This document shows positions 61,291 to 64,000 of a stretch of DNA of 64,000 bases, piece by piece. The notes beneath the pieces are model-generated. The model saw only the letters and a list, made by a program, of their open reading frames with translations, was not told the DNA's origin and did no database searches. How positions within the stretch are numbered: position 1 is the first letter of the stretch; each line of letters starts with the position of its first letter. This DNA is from Eledone cirrhosa (taxonomy: Eukaryota). Both the position numbers and the translations under genes were made by a program. Location: the NCBI GenBank assembly GCA_964016885.1, contig OZ024764.1:18600001-18664000 (forward strand), written 5' to 3'.

Positions 61291-64000
61291 GGTGTCACAA
61301 CAAAAAGTACCCAGTCCACACTGTAAAGTAGTCATGTAGGTGTAACAACAAAAAGTACCCAGTCCACACTGTAAAGTGGTCATGTAGGTGTCACAACAAA
61401 ATATACCCAGTCCACACTGTAAAGTGGTCATGTAGGTGTCACAACAAAAAGTACCCAGTCCACACTGTAAAGTGGTCATGTAGGTGTCACAACAAAAAGT
61501 ACCCAGTCCACCCTGTAAAGTGGTTATGTAGGTGTCACAACAAAAACACCCAGTCCACACTGTAAAGTGGTCATGTAGGTGTCACAACAAAAAGTACCCA
61601 GTCCACACTGTAAAGTGGTCATGTAGGTGTCACAACAAAAAGTACCCAGTCCACCCTGTAAAGTGGTCATATATGTATCACAACAAAAAGTACCCAGTCC
61701 ACCCTGTAAAGTGGTCATGTATGTGTCACAACAAAAAGTACCCAGTCCACACTGTAAAGTGGTCATGTATGTGTCACAACAAAAAGTACCCAGTCCACAC
61801 TTTAAAGTCATATAGGTGTCACAACAAAAATTACCCAGTCCACACTGTAATGTGGTCATGCAGGTTTCACACCAAAAAGTACCCAGTCCACACTGTAATG
61901 TGGTCATATAGGTGTCACAACAAAAAGTACCCAGTCCACACTGTAAAGTGGTCATGTAGGTGTCAACAAAAAGTACCCAGTCCACACTGTAATGTGGTCA
62001 TGCAGGTTTCACAACAAAAAGTACCCAGTCCACACTGTAATGTGGTCATATAGGTGTCACAACAAAAAGTACCCAGTCCACACTGTAAAGTGGTCATGTA
62101 GGTGTCACAACAAAAAGTACCCAGTCCACACTTTAAAGTGGACATGTAGGTGTCATGACAAAAAGTACCCAGTCCACATTGTAAAGTGGTCATGTAGGTG
62201 TCACAACAAAAAGTACCCAGTCCACACTGTAAAGTGGTCATGTAGGTGTCACAACAAAAAGTACCCAGTCCACACTGTAAAGTAGTCATGTAGGTGTAAC
62301 AACAAAAAGTACCCAGTCCACACTGTAAAGTGGTCATGTAGGTGTCACAACAAAATATACCCAGTCCACACTGTAAAGTGGTCATGTAGGTGTCACAACA
62401 AAAAGTACCCAGTCCACACTGTAAAGTGGTCATGTAGGTGTCACAACAAAAAGTACCCAGTCCACCCTGTAAAGTGGTCATATATGTGTCACAACAAAAA
62501 GTACCCAGTCCACCCTGTAAAGTGGTCATGTAGGTGTCACGACAAAAAGTACCCAGTCCACACTGTAAAGTGGTCATGTAGGTGTCACAACAAAAAGTAC
62601 CCAGTCCACCCTGTAAAGTGGTCATATAGGTTTCACAACAAAAAGTACCCAGTCCACCCTGTAAAGTGGTCATGTATGTGTCACAACAAAAAGTACCCAG
62701 TCCACACTGTAAAGTGGTCATGTATGTGTCACAACAAAAAGTACCCAGTCCACACTTTAAAGTGGTCATGTAGGTGTCACAACAAAAAGTACCCAGTCCA
62801 CACTGTAATGTGGTCATGCAGGTTTCACACCAAAAAGTACCCAGTCCACACTGTAATGTGGTCATATAGGTGTCACAACAAAAAGTACCCAGTCCACACT
62901 GTAAAGTGGTCATGTAGGTGTCACAACAAAAAGTACCCAGTCCACACTGTAAAGTGGACATGTAGGTGTCATGACAAAAAGTACCCAGTCCACACTGTCA
63001 AGTGGTCATGTAGGTGTCACAACAAAAAGTACCTAGTCCACACTGTAAAGTGGTCATGTAGCTGTCACAACAAAAAGTACCCAGTCCACACTGTAATGTG
63101 GTCATGCAGGTTTCACAACAAAAAGTACCCAGTCCACACTGTAATGTGGTCATATAGGTGTCACAACAAAAAGTACCCAGTCCACACTGTAAAGTGGTCA
63201 TGTAGGTGTCACAACAAAAAGTACCCAGTCCACACTTTAAAGTGGACATGTAGGTGTCATGACAAAAAGTACCCAGTCCACATTGTAAAGTGGTCATGTA
63301 GGTGTCACAACAAAAAGTACCCAGTCCACACTGTAAAGTGGTCATGTAGGTGTCACAACAAAAAGTACCCAGTCCACACTGTAAAGTAGTCATGTAGGTG
63401 TAACAACAAAAAGTACCCAGTCCACACTGTAAAGTGGTCATGTAGGTGTCACAACAAAATATACCCAGTCCACACTGTAAAGTGGTCATGTAGGTGTCAC
63501 AACAAAAAGTACCCAGTCCACACTGTAAAGTGGTCATGTAGGTGTCACAACAAAAAGTACCCAGTCCACCCTGTAAAGTGGTCATATATGTATCACAACA
63601 AAAAGTACCCAGTCCACCCTGTAAAGTGGTCATGTATGTGTCACAACAAAAAGTACCCAGTCCACACTGTAAAGTGGTCATGTAGGTGTCACAACAAAAA
63701 GTACCCAGTCCACACTTTAAAGTCATATAGGTGTCACAACAAAAATTACCCAGTCCACACTGTAATGTGGTCATGCAGGTTTCACACCAAAAAGTACCCA
63801 GTCCACACTGTAATGTGGTCATATAGGTGTCACAACAAAAAGTACCCAGTCCACACTGTAAAGTGGTCATGTAGGTGTCAACAAAAAGTACCCAGTCCAC
63901 ACTGTAATGTGGTCATGCAGGTTTCACAACAAAAAGTACCCAGTCCACACTGTAATGTGGTCATATAGGTGTCACAACAAAAAGTACCCAGTCCACACTG

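Larger units (their letters stand above)
1..64000. repeat. 48-bp tandem satellite DNA array, about 1,334 monomers, single orientation
   Basis: Monomer GTCACAACAAAAAGTACCCAGTCCACACTGTAAAGTGGTCATGTAGGT at 1-48 repeats continuously to the window end; the last partial monomer starts at 63971. 63970 = 1334x48 - 62, and my manual tally of about 57 small indels sums to -62. Most monomers differ from the consensus by about 0-4 substitutions. Confidence 0.99.

Noticed and set aside
333-63968. All track ORFs as protein-coding genes (zinc-finger, metallothionein or keratin-associated-like Cys/His repeats)
   Set aside because: They are pure translations of the 48-bp repeat on both strands, with no unique termini or domains. 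Stops (AAGTAG, AAGTAA, TGA from CTGTCAAG on -) and frameshifts are copied through the duplications. A 16-aa period does not fit C2H2 arrays (28 aa with TGEKP linkers).
1-64000. CRISPR array (short repeat containing a hairpin)
   Set aside because: There are no unique spacers; the full 48 bp is repeated, and no cas genes or leader are present.
1-64000. Telomerase-type telomeric repeat or G-quadruplex array
   Set aside because: The unit is much longer than typical telomerase repeats, has only one GGG per monomer (minus strand), and shows ordered higher-order variation typical of recombinational amplification.
1-64000. Inversion, transposon insertion or unique island hidden in the array
   Set aside because: None was seen on reading. 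The same peptide repeats stay on the same strands throughout, and the indel tally accounts for the monomer phase from position 1 to 63971.
1-64000. Rolling-circle or sequencing concatemer artefact explaining the whole window
   Set aside because: Variants are ordered, shared between distant blocks and domain-specific, which fits evolutionary history better than random error on one template. Individual near-identical duplications still need read validation.

Overview
The whole 64-kb window is one uninterrupted head-to-tail tandem array (satellite DNA) of a 48-bp monomer, consensus GTCACAACAAAAAGTACCCAGTCCACACTGTAAAGTGGTCATGTAGGT (21/48 = 44% GC, no CpG). It holds about 1,334 complete monomers plus a 30-bp partial one, all in one orientation, with no unique sequence, gene, RNA gene or transposon insertion that I can see, and it runs off both ends of the window. 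Every ORF in the supplied track is a translation of the repeat (KWSCRCHNKKYPVHTV on +, MTTLQCGLGTFCCDTY on -), broken by stops and frameshifts, so none is called a CDS. The real structure lies in the order of variant monomers: a conserved ordered cassette of variants recurs about 25 times, nested multi-kb duplications are visible (offsets 3694, 432, 4029, 5563, 1921, 4650 and 2542 bp), and the array splits into three domains with different diagnostic variants. Monomer-level oddities are a CG/TG/CA/TA series consistent with methyl-CpG decay, a dyad that several common variants improve, and a speculative resemblance to a 23-RSS heptamer/nonamer. The source is probably a eukaryotic heterochromatic region, but organism, satellite family and function cannot be determined from this sequence, and I found no firm evidence of a novel protein-coding system. 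Duplication and domain boundaries were read by eye and are approximate to about 1-2 monomers.
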